IMG/VR virus record: IMGVR_UViG_3300044712_001255 | Coordinates: 260,469 to 324,468 of that record | DNA length: 64,000 bases | Reading direction: 5' to 3' (one strand) | Shown: positions 9,000-16,506 of the stretch, in pieces | How the letters are laid out: each line of letters begins with the position of its first letter | Position numbering within the stretch: position 1 is the stretch's first letter | Made by a program: the position numbers and the translations under genes | Notes under the pieces: model-generated | What the model saw: the letters and a program-made list of their open reading frames with translations, nothing else | Told to the model about the DNA's origin: nothing | Database searches by the model: none

Positions 9000-9251
9000 A
9001 TGACATTCTTCTGCGCCGGTGATGCGGTGACGGTGAAACCCGAATGGGACGCTGTCACCGTTTTTTCGTCATCAACGGCAAGTGATCGTGTTGCTATTGG
9101 AGAGTTCAAGCGTGGTCAACATGGTCTCGTAATTTCAGTGGGTAAAGACATCGGGCAACCAATGATAGAGATCCTTGTAAGATCATTGGTTGGGTGGGTT
9201 GCTACAGCTGGCGTCATTAAGACATCATGGTCGTCGAACATTGACAGCTAA
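9000..9251 (+). CDS. Small hypothetical protein (SH3-like)
   Basis: GDAVTV...GLVISV...VGWV pattern. Confidence 0.55.
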   Translation: MTFFCAGDAVTVKPEWDAVTVFSSSTASDRVAIGEFKRGQHGLVISVGKDIGQPMIEILVRSLVGWVATAGVIKTSWSSNIDS

Positions 9252-9287
9252 AATCCGCGTAGCGTGTGTATAGTATTGTTTGACGTT

Positions 9288-10139
9288 ATGGCAATTCGTA
9301 TTGTTCGTGGAATTGATCGCACTCGTAACAAAAAAGTGTATTCTTACGGACGACTAACTCATCCAGGATTAGGCGTAAGAAAAACATATATGAATGTACG
9401 TAATTCGCCAAATGATGGGTCGCCATTCCACCCAATGAATTTTGGATCAGATTTGAAGTTTTGGCTTCGGGGTGATCTTGGTGTGACGACAAGGGATTCA
9501 TCAGTTGTAAAATGGGAATGTCAAGTTTCTGGTATTTCATTTGATGAAACTGGTTTTGGTGATCCTCCTACGCTTGTTGCACAGGATTCACGTCTTAACA
9601 ACGTTGCAACAGTTCAATTCACAAATTCTCTATTGACAAAATTATCGTCAACAGGTCCGATTATTTCAGATACGTGGACTTGGTTGATCATTGGATATTG
9701 GGATGCAATTAGCGACGCACCAAACTTGTGGCAGTTGAATTATTCAATCAGTCCAGCCCTTGTTGCTGGTTTCTTGTTTTCGCGACAAAATTACGTATCA
9801 TCGTATGATCAAACAACCATTATCTCGGCGCAATCAGATGACGCTGACGTTGATGCATTATCTGGAGTTAAGGCAGCATTTCTATTATCACAAGATGCAA
9901 CAGGAGATGTTAATCAAACAACATTGGGATATCGTAATGTGAATAGACGATTAGGCGCAACGGACTATGTTTATTCGCCTACGGCTATTCGATTGGACAC
10001 AACGCTTTCCATGTCTAATACGTACAACAAATTGAGTTCTATTGCTGAAGTACTGGTAATTTCAAAACCAATTTCTGATATCTTTAGGCTGAGCCCATAT
10101 ATTCGTGATCGCTACATGATCGATTTATTGGACATCTAA
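9288..10139 (+). CDS. LamG/concanavalin-like beta-sandwich protein
   Basis: LKFWLRGDLGV...VVKW, IAEVLVISK, YIRDRY. Confidence 0.6.
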   Translation: MAIRIVRGIDRTRNKKVYSYGRLTHPGLGVRKTYMNVRNSPNDGSPFHPMNFGSDLKFWLRGDLGVTTRDSSVVKWECQVSGISFDETGFGDPPTLVAQDSRLNNVATVQFTNSLLTKLSSTGPIISDTWTWLIIGYWDAISDAPNLWQLNYSISPALVAGFLFSRQNYVSSYDQTTIISAQSDDADVDALSGVKAAFLLSQDATGDVNQTTLGYRNVNRRLGATDYVYSPTAIRLDTTLSMSNTYNKLSSIAEVLVISKPISDIFRLSPYIRDRYMIDLLDI

Positions 10140-10140
10140 T

Positions 10141-10896
10141 ATGAAAAACGTAATTGAACGCATCAAAAATGGTGAAATGTTGTTGGCATGGGAAACCATC
10201 ACGCTTACAAGCTCAAAATCTCAATTGGTTGATTGCACACTAGAAATTCAAGTGATGCAAGACGCAATGAAACTACAGAATGATTCTGGTAATTGGGTAC
10301 GTTTCATGGTGACTGCATATCAACAGCAACAAATCGCAGATATTGTTGGTGGAATTTTCCATTCTGAGAAGACGGCAGAAGAACGACACAAGCACGCAAA
10401 TACAATAATTTCCCCAGTGACTCAAACGCCTCCAGGAAGCGGCAAAATAACTGCGCTCGCAACCGAGGACGATTACAATCACTACGTAGATCTAGCGCTT
10501 CAAAAGGCGCAGCCTGACGGCGTCTTTGGTATTGTCTCTGCGGTTGGCAAGCCGTGGTGTCTAACAAACAATATGGCAGGTCAACAACGTTATGGTTCAA
10601 AAACAGCGTATAACTTCGGTTGGTTTGACAATGGGGGCATATACACAAGCCCATGTGGGCTAAAGTGCTGGCAGGCTGTTGCAAGCGGCATGTCAGAATA
10701 CGTACACAATGATTCTCACGCCGATCCCTCACAAGTTTGTGAATTTCCACATAATGATTGCGTGCTGACACTAGCCGACGGGTCTAGACAAGATTGGAAA
10801 CTAGCTGACGTCTATCAGCATGAGTTATACTGCGATTTCGTTACACACGGTGGGCCACTAAAGATCGTTAGACAAAATTCTGTCCCTCTTAGTTGA
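10141..10896 (+). CDS. Hypothetical protein
   Basis: 251 aa ORF with a possible catalytic HNDSHADPSQ motif. Confidence 0.75.
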   Translation: MKNVIERIKNGEMLLAWETITLTSSKSQLVDCTLEIQVMQDAMKLQNDSGNWVRFMVTAYQQQQIADIVGGIFHSEKTAEERHKHANTIISPVTQTPPGSGKITALATEDDYNHYVDLALQKAQPDGVFGIVSAVGKPWCLTNNMAGQQRYGSKTAYNFGWFDNGGIYTSPCGLKCWQAVASGMSEYVHNDSHADPSQVCEFPHNDCVLTLADGSRQDWKLADVYQHELYCDFVTHGGPLKIVRQNSVPLS

Positions 10897-10903
10897 TTTT
10901 TTA

Positions 10904-10932
10904 GTGTACTTGTGTGCGAGACATGATAACCT
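10904..10932 (+). promoter_or_regulatory. GTGTA-N18-TAACCT promoter for ncRNA/tRNA cluster
   Basis: Recurrent motif directly before a structured RNA. Confidence 0.6.
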
Positions 10933-10938
10933 ATACTC

Positions 10939-11104
10939 AAGGTGCTGCGGCATCTACTTCAGGATGGTAAACATGCTACGCCAACTCAACACGATACAGA
11001 GAACACATACCGGCTTGATGCTGGTGTGCGGCCTGTCGTGTTTAGGTTTGCCATCCAGCGTCGGCCTCCTTACCCCCTCAGGGGTAAGATTTAGTTGCTG
11101 ACAT
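10939..11104 (+). ncRNA. Long irregular hairpin RNA (6S-like)
   Basis: Nested pairings 10962-10972/11046-11056, 10988-10994/11036-11042 and 11006-11014/11020-11028, plus side hairpin 11069-11088. Confidence 0.5.
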
Positions 11105-11132
11105 AGGCCCCTCGTCCTGGGCTAGAAGTTTT

Positions 11133-11202
11133 CAAAGCGTAGCTCAAAGAGAGCGGCTGATCGTGGAGATCAGTGATGCAGAATCGGTACCTGCCGCTTT
11201 GA
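11133..11202 (+). pseudogene. Degenerate tRNA-Pro-like (TGG)
   Basis: Acceptor caaagcg/cgctttg and ctgat-cgtggag-atcag. The T loop is aberrant. Confidence 0.55.
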
Positions 11203-11254
11203 CGGATCGAAAGAAAGTTGTTTCGATCTTGTTCATTGACAATCTGCATTCTTT

Positions 11255-11325
11255 CAGCCTATGGCGTAGTGGTAACGCTCCAGTTCGGGGAACTGGCATC
11301 ATTGGTTCGATTCCGATTAGGCTGA
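11255..11325 (+). tRNA. tRNA-Pro(GGG)
   Basis: ccagt-tcgggga-actgg, C33. Confidence 0.8.
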
Positions 11326-11401
11326 CTGGGAATACGTCATTTTCCTAGTGCAGGGACGCCTGTTGAGTGAGAGTGACGTAGACCATACACTAGAAAAATG
11401 A

Positions 11402-11998
11402 TTGATAGAATTGATCGATATGAAGAAATGTGATGCATCTCTTGAAGAGATTCAAAGATTCGTAAAAGAATCAACATGTATTTCGCAAGTTGTCATTGCG
11501 CTCAAATTACCGTGTAATGCGAAGTACGCAGAATTTGTTCGTCAATTGATCTCACAACACGCACTTGACACATCTCACTTCACACGCAAACGAAAATATG
11601 AACGAATCAGAAAAGCTTGTCCTGTTTGTCAAACAACGTTTGAAACATACGTAAATCATCCTAAATACAACAAAACAACGTGTTCGTGTGCTTGCGCAAA
11701 TTCATTCTTTCGTAGTGGAAATAACAACCCAAACACAAAGCATGACGAAGATAAGGGAACGTGGATGTACACGTTATGTTGGAAAAATCATGAACATCAA
11801 TGCGTCATTTGTGGTGAACAAAACATCGTAGCTGTTCACCATTTTAATGGTAAACATGATGACAATCGACCAGAGAATTTGGTACCTATGTGTCCAACAC
11901 ATCATCAATATTGGCACTCTAAATTTCGATCACTCATAGAGGAAAAAGTAAACACATATGTAGAAAATTGGATCTCAACACATCAGAGATTAGTGTAG
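11402..11998 (+). CDS. HNH endonuclease
   Basis: CVICG...VHHFNGKHDDNRPENLVPMCPTHH; AT-rich. Confidence 0.88.
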   Translation: MIELIDMKKCDASLEEIQRFVKESTCISQVVIALKLPCNAKYAEFVRQLISQHALDTSHFTRKRKYERIRKACPVCQTTFETYVNHPKYNKTTCSCACANSFFRSGNNNPNTKHDEDKGTWMYTLCWKNHEHQCVICGEQNIVAVHHFNGKHDDNRPENLVPMCPTHHQYWHSKFRSLIEEKVNTYVENWISTHQRLV

Positions 11999-12054
11999 TG
12001 GTTGCACACCTGCCTTGGGGACAGGTTGTCGGAGTTCGATTCTCCGATCTCTGA
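11984..12054 (+). tRNA. tRNA-Pro(TGG)
   Basis: Cloverleaf, loop cttgggg. Confidence 0.85.
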
Positions 12055-12055
12055 C

Positions 12056-12302
12056 GCACACGTGGTGGAAAGGCAGACACAACATTAAAAGCGTAAGGTG
12101 CTTGTTGGCGTTGATTCGCCAGCATCAAGCATGGATCGAGGGAGCGTAACGCGGTGCGGAAAACGGCCAACGGGTACGACAATCGTGAAGTGTGCAGCAG
12201 GTTTGCGGATGCACCGGAACGGCGCTCGAGGGTGTCGTAAGGGAAGCGAGCTTATCCTAAAAGCTGCAGATGTGGATGCGGGTTCGAGTCCCGCCGTGCG
12301 CA
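12056..12302 (+). ncRNA. tRNA-like RNA with 184-nt insert replacing the anticodon loop
   Basis: Acceptor gcacacg/cgtgcgc, D arm tggtggaaaggcagacac, T arm gcggg-ttcgagt-cccgc. Insert spans 12086-12269. Confidence 0.7.
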
Positions 12303-12305
12303 AAT

Positions 12306-12376
12306 CAGGGACAGGTGTAATGGTTGCACCTCTGTTTCGGGAACAGATAGTCGGAGTTCGATTCTCCGGTCCTTGA
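12306..12376 (+). tRNA. tRNA-Pro(CGG)
   Basis: tctgt-ttcggga-acaga. Confidence 0.88.
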
Positions 12377-12488
12377 CAACATCATAACACGACCAAATGG
12401 TGCCGGCAAAACCCCCGGAGTGCAAAATGTAGCTGTGGCAGGCGAATTGACGCCAAGGCGATAACATAGCAACGTGCGATGATGAAAT

Positions 12489-12560
12489 ACCGGGATAGCT
12501 CAGTGGTAGAGCGTCTCCCTTACAAGGAGAGTGTCGCAGGTTCGAGCCCTGTTCCCGGTA
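12489..12560 (+). tRNA. tRNA-Val(TAC)
   Basis: tctcc-cttacaa-ggaga. Confidence 0.93.
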
Positions 12561-12561
12561 C

Positions 12562-12634
12562 GAGCGTCTGGTGTAGATGGTTCGCACAATACCCTGAAGA
12601 CGTATGGGACTCGGTTCGATCCCGAGGGCGCTCG
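12562..12634 (+). tRNA. tRNA-Phe(GAA)
   Basis: Loop ctgaaga, with a C31:C39 mismatch. Confidence 0.8.
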
Positions 12635-12638
12635 CAAT

Positions 12639-12710
12639 CCCAAGTTGGTTAAGACGGATGAACGCGTGCCTGAAGAGCACGAGAGGGTGGTTCGATTCCA
12701 CTGCTTGGGA
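12639..12710 (+). tRNA. tRNA-Phe(GAA), second copy
   Basis: cgtgc-ctgaaga-gcacg. Confidence 0.8.
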
Positions 12711-12738
12711 CAATACGAGCAAGATATGTATGTTTGCT

Positions 12739-13344
12739 ATGTCTGGAGAGAAGAACGGCGTACGTATCAATTCATTAGCAGACGTTGAGGGACCATCGTC
12801 CTCCAACTGGCCGGCAAAGATACGCGCTAGTTCAGGAGAAAAGCTCAAAAATTGGGCCGCAGTGCTGATGGGCGTCGCGGCGCTTGTGACCGCTGGTGGC
12901 ACATATATCAAGCCCGCGGATGACACAAAAACACGATCGACTTATGAAGAGATTCGACGCGAGATAGGCGAAATGTCGAAAGACATTAAGAATGTGTCGC
13001 AGGACGTTGAGTTCTTATACCAGGTGCGTATCTCTGATGAGAAACAACGACATGACGCGTTTGACAAAGAAGCAAAGATGCAGGAAGAGGAAGATTCATA
13101 CATAGAGCAATTCCTTGCAAAGAAAAACGGATCAAAAGCCGCGAAGGACTACATTGACAAGCGCAAGCTTGAACGTAAAAAGTTGCGTGTGTTGTTCAAG
13201 GTAAGTTCAGACAAACGTGAACTCGCACGCCCACCGACTACGAGAAATCTTCCGTCGTATGACGCAGTTCCACAAACTTCGGCGAGTGCAGGCGCACCAA
13301 ATACCAATGATGGTGGGTCAAGCAGGCCGAGTGTAAACAAGTAA
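12739..13344 (+). CDS. Membrane-anchored coiled-coil protein
   Basis: TM WAAVLMGVAALVTAGG followed by a coiled coil. Start moved downstream of the tRNAs. Confidence 0.7.
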   Translation: MSGEKNGVRINSLADVEGPSSSNWPAKIRASSGEKLKNWAAVLMGVAALVTAGGTYIKPADDTKTRSTYEEIRREIGEMSKDIKNVSQDVEFLYQVRISDEKQRHDAFDKEAKMQEEEDSYIEQFLAKKNGSKAAKDYIDKRKLERKKLRVLFKVSSDKRELARPPTTRNLPSYDAVPQTSASAGAPNTNDGGSSRPSVNK

Positions 13345-13416
13345 CGCCAAGTGGTAGAACGATAATACATCCGGTTGCAACCCGGAAGATTGCAGGTTTA
13401 AGTCCTGTCTTGGCGT
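13345..13416 (+). tRNA. tRNA-Cys(GCA)
   Basis: tccgg-ttgcaac-ccgga, U73. Confidence 0.85.
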
Positions 13417-13418
13417 CA

Positions 13419-13575
13419 GATCAAGTAACCAGATCTTTTGATCCGATGTTGATAACGTAAGTCAACTTTTTGGCGGAACTGGCAGACGCGCCGGCCTAAG
13501 AAACTGGCATGATCATTTGAACAAAATTCTTGTGATCTATGTGGGTTCAAGTCCCACAAGAGAAGGTGAACGATC
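13419..13575 (+). ncRNA. AGUA/GAA-capped tRNA-Leu-like RNA, copy C
   Basis: gatc-a-agta-acc...ggt-gaa-c-gatc encloses a Leu-type D arm, long variable arm and T arm. Confidence 0.65.
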
Positions 13576-13579
13576 ATTT

Positions 13580-13651
13580 GCTGGAGTGGTGATAGTGGTA
13601 GCACAGTTGCTTGGTAAGCAACCTGCAGGGGTTCGATTCCCCTCCCCAGCA
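13580..13651 (+). tRNA. tRNA-Thr(GGT)
   Basis: gttgc-ttggtaa-gcaac. Confidence 0.88.
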
Positions 13652-13653
13652 CA

Positions 13654-13744
13654 GAGCGCGGTAACTACGTTCGTTGTCATGGTTTGACAAGGAATTCTTT
13701 CAAAAATTCCTATTTTGGTTCGAATCCAAATAGGTGAAGCGCTC
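13654..13744 (+). ncRNA. GGUA/GAA-capped tRNA-Glu-like RNA, copy D
   Basis: gagcgc-ggta-act...ggt-gaa-gcgctc; ggaatt-ctttcaa-aattcc; tttgg-ttcgaat-ccaaa. Confidence 0.7.
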
Positions 13745-13751
13745 AATCTTC

Positions 13752-13850
13752 AAACAAAAGTAACCTCACAAACGAAGTGTTGATAGTGACACAACTTGAG
13801 TTTAACAAGAAAAAGTAGGTGCAAGTCCTGCCGTGAAGGTGAAATTGTTT
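13752..13850 (+). ncRNA. AGUA/GAA-capped tRNA-like RNA, copy E
   Basis: aaacaa-a-agta-acc-tcac...gtga-a-ggt-gaa-a-ttgttt, with three internal hairpins. Confidence 0.7.
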
Positions 13851-13856
13851 CTTTTT

Positions 13857-13953
13857 CAACAAAGTAACTGTTTTCGTGTTGATTGATAATCATCTTAGCT
13901 TAAAACTAAGACAATCTGGTGAGACTCCAGACTCGAGTTTAGGTGAAATGTTG
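13857..13953 (+). ncRNA. AGUA/GAA-capped tRNA-like RNA, copy F
   Basis: caaca-a-agta-act...ggt-gaa-a-tgttg; tcttag-cttaaaa-ctaaga; tctgg-tgagact-ccaga. Confidence 0.7.
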
Positions 13954-13960
13954 TACAAAC

Positions 13961-14037
13961 GTGATGAGTAACATACAATGTCAAGGTGACATCCACAAGA
14001 TGTCATACGTGGTGCAAATCCCGGACGTGAAAATCAT
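13961..14037 (+). ncRNA. AGUA/GAA-capped tRNA-like RNA, copy G
   Basis: gtgat-g-agta-ac...gt-gaa-a-atcat; T-loop-like gg-tgcaaat-cc. Confidence 0.6.
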
Positions 14038-14042
14038 ACGAT

Positions 14043-14113
14043 GCTGGTCTAGTATAGTGGCATTACAGCTGTTTCGTAAGCAGCCTACAGGGGTTCGATT
14101 CCCTTGACCAGCA
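14043..14113 (+). tRNA. tRNA-Thr(CGT)
   Basis: gctgt-ttcgtaa-gcagc. Confidence 0.88.
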
Positions 14114-14114
14114 C

Positions 14115-14194
14115 GATACTAAAAACACAGTAACGAAAAAAAGCAATAAACGCTTTGAGAGATTATTGCTGAAGTGAAAATGAGAGTAGGTATC
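14115..14194 (+). ncRNA. AGUA/GAA-capped RNA, copy H (single internal hairpin)
   Basis: gatact...agta-ac...agcaataa/ttattgct...gt-gaa...ggtatc. Confidence 0.5.
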
Positions 14195-14200
14195 GACGTC

Positions 14201-14273
14201 GCCCGTGTAGCTCAATTGGCAGAGCAAGCGCCCTGTAAGCGCGAGGTTAGGTGTTCGACTCACCTCATGGGCA
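14201..14273 (+). tRNA. tRNA-Thr(TGT)
   Basis: gcgc-cctgtaa-gcgc, C33. Confidence 0.85.
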
Positions 14274-14297
14274 TCAAGATCAACAATGATCTTTTAT

Positions 14298-14369
14298 GGA
14301 CTGGAAGAGCAAACGGTTAGCCGACAGGTTGTGGCCCTGTCGTAGTGGGTTCGACTCCCGCCCAGCCCT
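14298..14369 (+). tRNA. tRNA-His(GTG)
   Basis: acagg-ttgtggc-cctgt. Confidence 0.8.
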
Positions 14370-14370
14370 C

Positions 14371-14453
14371 GCTGTCGTGGTGGAATTAGGCAGACACATC
14401 AGGTTGAGAGCCTGACGGTTTATACCATGCAGGTTCGACTCCTGTCGACAGCA
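14371..14453 (+). tRNA. tRNA-Leu(GAG)
   Basis: tcagg-ttgagag-cctga, long variable arm. Confidence 0.9.
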
Positions 14454-14454
14454 C

Positions 14455-14538
14455 ACAACTGTGGCGGAATTGGCAGGCGCGCCAGACTTAGAATCTGGTG
14501 ACCGCAAGGTCGTGGAGGTTCGATCCCTCTCAGTTGTA
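14455..14538 (+). tRNA. tRNA-Leu(TAG)
   Basis: ccaga-cttagaa-tctgg. Confidence 0.9.
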
Positions 14539-14546
14539 CGAGATAC

Positions 14547-15089
14547 ATGGCAAATCAATATTCTAAGTTTAAATGGGAAGATGAACGTCCATTTGAAGAT
14601 CTGGGCCGAGTAAAACAACGTAACTTCCTAATAAAAGAAGCGAATTTTAGTTGTTCTGCTTGCGGCTTCAATAAGTCAAGAGAAGACGGACGATCAATTT
14701 TAGAAATTCATCACATCGATGGGAATCATCAAAATAATGTTCGATCAAATTTGAAAGTGTTATGTCCAAATTGCCATGCCATGACGTTAAAATTCAGATT
14801 TTACGGAAAATCACATCTATCGTCAAAAGATCATAGAGCTCGAACTATCAATAAAGAGCTCAGAATAAAACGTAAATTAGCGAGAGAACAACGCCAATCA
14901 AAAATTAGAGATCAGTTTTGTGAAACGATATTGTTATGTCATGAGACAAAAGAAATTGATTTCTCTAAATTTGGATGGGTATTACGTCTATCTGAGATGT
15001 TTGGCGTAACGCACCAAGCAATTGGTAGACGTATAAGAAAATTGATGCCAGAATTCTACAATGATCATTGCTTCAAAAGGAAAGCATAA
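14547..15089 (+). CDS. HNH endonuclease with C-terminal HTH
   Basis: CSACG...LEIHHIDGNHQNNVRSNLKVLCPNCH. Confidence 0.9.
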   Translation: MANQYSKFKWEDERPFEDLGRVKQRNFLIKEANFSCSACGFNKSREDGRSILEIHHIDGNHQNNVRSNLKVLCPNCHAMTLKFRFYGKSHLSSKDHRARTINKELRIKRKLAREQRQSKIRDQFCETILLCHETKEIDFSKFGWVLRLSEMFGVTHQAIGRRIRKLMPEFYNDHCFKRKA

Positions 15090-15094
15090 AATAC

Positions 15095-15174
15095 GGGACT
15101 CGCGGCTTATCCGGATGGTTTGCCGGAATCTGTCCTATGAACAGACGCCAATGGTTCAATTCCGACGAGTCCTA
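15095..15174 (+). pseudogene. Atypical tRNA-like gene (TAT, Ile-like)
   Basis: gggactcg/cgagtcct and tctgt-cctatga-acaga. Enlarged D region and weak T stem. Confidence 0.5.
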
Positions 15175-15179
15175 CATAC

Positions 15180-15252
15180 ACCAACATGGCTGAGTGGTTG
15201 AGGCGCTCGCTTCATAAGCGAGTTTACGTGGGTTCGATTCTCACTGTTGGTA
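15180..15252 (+). tRNA. tRNA-Met/Ile2(CAT)
   Basis: ctcgc-ttcataa-gcgag. Confidence 0.88.
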
Positions 15253-15256
15253 CAAC

Positions 15257-15574
15257 ATGATAGCACAAAAAGCACGGTTGATGACTAAACTAGTCTCTCT
15301 ATTGAGAAAGAAGTTGTTTGATAATTCACCTTTCATTGAAGAGGTGCTCACTCAACTCGACATATTGACTCTCGAGAGAGGCATCAAAGTATGCGTAGAA
15401 GATCAGTTGATCGTGGTGTATTTACCAAGCAAACCGGGATTCAATCCAATTCCCGTCGCGGCTGGCGTGATGCACCAGGCTGACGTCATTTTTGAATATG
15501 AAGCTGGCACGGGACGCATTGTCAAGTGCCTCAAGCATCGTGAACGTAATCCAGAAGAATTCAATAACGTATGA
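15257..15574 (+). CDS. Hypothetical protein
   Basis: 105 aa ORF, overlap-coupled to the next gene. Confidence 0.65.
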   Translation: MIAQKARLMTKLVSLLRKKLFDNSPFIEEVLTQLDILTLERGIKVCVEDQLIVVYLPSKPGFNPIPVAAGVMHQADVIFEYEAGTGRIVKCLKHRERNPEEFNNV

Positions 15575-15975
15575 AAATACTTGTTTGCGGCTCTAGACAT
15601 TGGGATGACATCGAGACAATTGCGCGTGTGTTGGAGGGGTTACCCAAATCTGGTGTCACGATAATACATGGGGCGGCTCGAGGGGCTGACATGATAGCCG
15701 GAGAGGTGGCCAAGCAGTTTGGATGGAACGTACGTGAATACCCGGCGCAGTGGGACAAACACGGTAAAGCTGCTGGACCTCTTAGGAATCAGCTCATGCT
15801 TGATCGTGAAAATCTACGAGACAATCCTATTGAACTGTGCATTGCATTTCATGATGAGTTGCACAAGCAAGAGGGCGGTACTTACGACATGGTGAGACGA
15901 TCTGCAGCTCTTGGCATACCCGTTAGAAATGTGAGATCATCAAATGACTCAACAAATAACACGCTTCATCAATGA
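15571..15975 (+). CDS. SLOG-family protein (YspA/DUF2493-like)
   Basis: ILVCGSR, IIHGAARGAD, AAGPLRNQLM, GGTYDM. Confidence 0.88.
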   Translation: MKILVCGSRHWDDIETIARVLEGLPKSGVTIIHGAARGADMIAGEVAKQFGWNVREYPAQWDKHGKAAGPLRNQLMLDRENLRDNPIELCIAFHDELHKQEGGTYDMVRRSAALGIPVRNVRSSNDSTNNTLHQ

Positions 15976-16408
15976 GTACGCATTTTTGAGCAGCTTTCAT
16001 ACGTCCACGGTGCGATGGGACGGTAGACTCTGGAAGTCGGTTGAACACGCGTATCAGGCAGCAAAGACGCTTGATGCCAAACAACGAGACATGATTCAGG
16101 CTGCAAAAACTCCTGGCGAAGCAAAGCGGATTGGGCAAGCTATCACGCTTCGACCTGATTGGGACGACGTAAAGTTGAACATCATGCGTGAATTGATTCA
16201 TGAAAAGTTTATGAATCCTTTCCTGCGTCACAGGTTGCTTGAAACGGGTGAAGCAGAGTTGATTGAAATCAACTTTTGGAACGATAAATTTTGGGGCGTC
16301 TGTCGCGGTGAAGGAAAAAATCACTTAGGCAGAATTCTCATGGATGAGCGAGACAGCATACGAGAAGAATTGATCGCAGATAACACCACCGTGGAGGAAC
16401 TTCGGTAG
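15944..16408 (+). CDS. NADAR (YbiA-like) protein
   Basis: SVEHAYQAAK, LRPDWD, KF, DKFWG, GKNHLGRILM. Confidence 0.92.
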   Translation: MTQQITRFINEYAFLSSFHTSTVRWDGRLWKSVEHAYQAAKTLDAKQRDMIQAAKTPGEAKRIGQAITLRPDWDDVKLNIMRELIHEKFMNPFLRHRLLETGEAELIEINFWNDKFWGVCRGEGKNHLGRILMDERDSIREELIADNTTVEELR

Positions 16409-16468
16409 ACTCGATAGACTCAGACTCTATTGTCGCAAGATGTGCAGGTTCGAATCCTGTCGGTGGTA
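16385..16468 (+). tRNA. tRNA-Leu(CAG)
   Basis: ataga-ctcagac-tctat. Confidence 0.88.
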
Positions 16469-16471
16469 CGA

Positions 16472-16500
16472 GTGTAGATACGTACAACATATTGTATCAT
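16472..16500 (+). promoter_or_regulatory. GTGTA-N18-TATCAT promoter (leaderless)
   Basis: ATG 16507 is 6 nt downstream. Confidence 0.6.
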
Positions 16501-16506
16501 GAGGTC

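Noticed and set aside
12056-12302. tmRNA
   Set aside because: It has a paired D stem, lacks the G3:U70 Ala identity, is short, and has no recognisable tag ORF.
12402-12430. c-di-GMP-I riboswitch (ggcaaaacc...gcaaa resemblance)
   Set aside because: The GNRA tetraloop/receptor architecture is absent and no CDS follows.
13337-13346. Additional AGTAAC cap before tRNA-Cys
   Set aside because: It overlaps the upstream stop codon and has no partner GTGAA after the tRNA.
13419-14194. CRISPR array interpretation of the repeated units
   Set aside because: Only two 5-6 nt motifs are constant. There are no identical 25-45 nt repeats or uniform spacers, and no cas genes.
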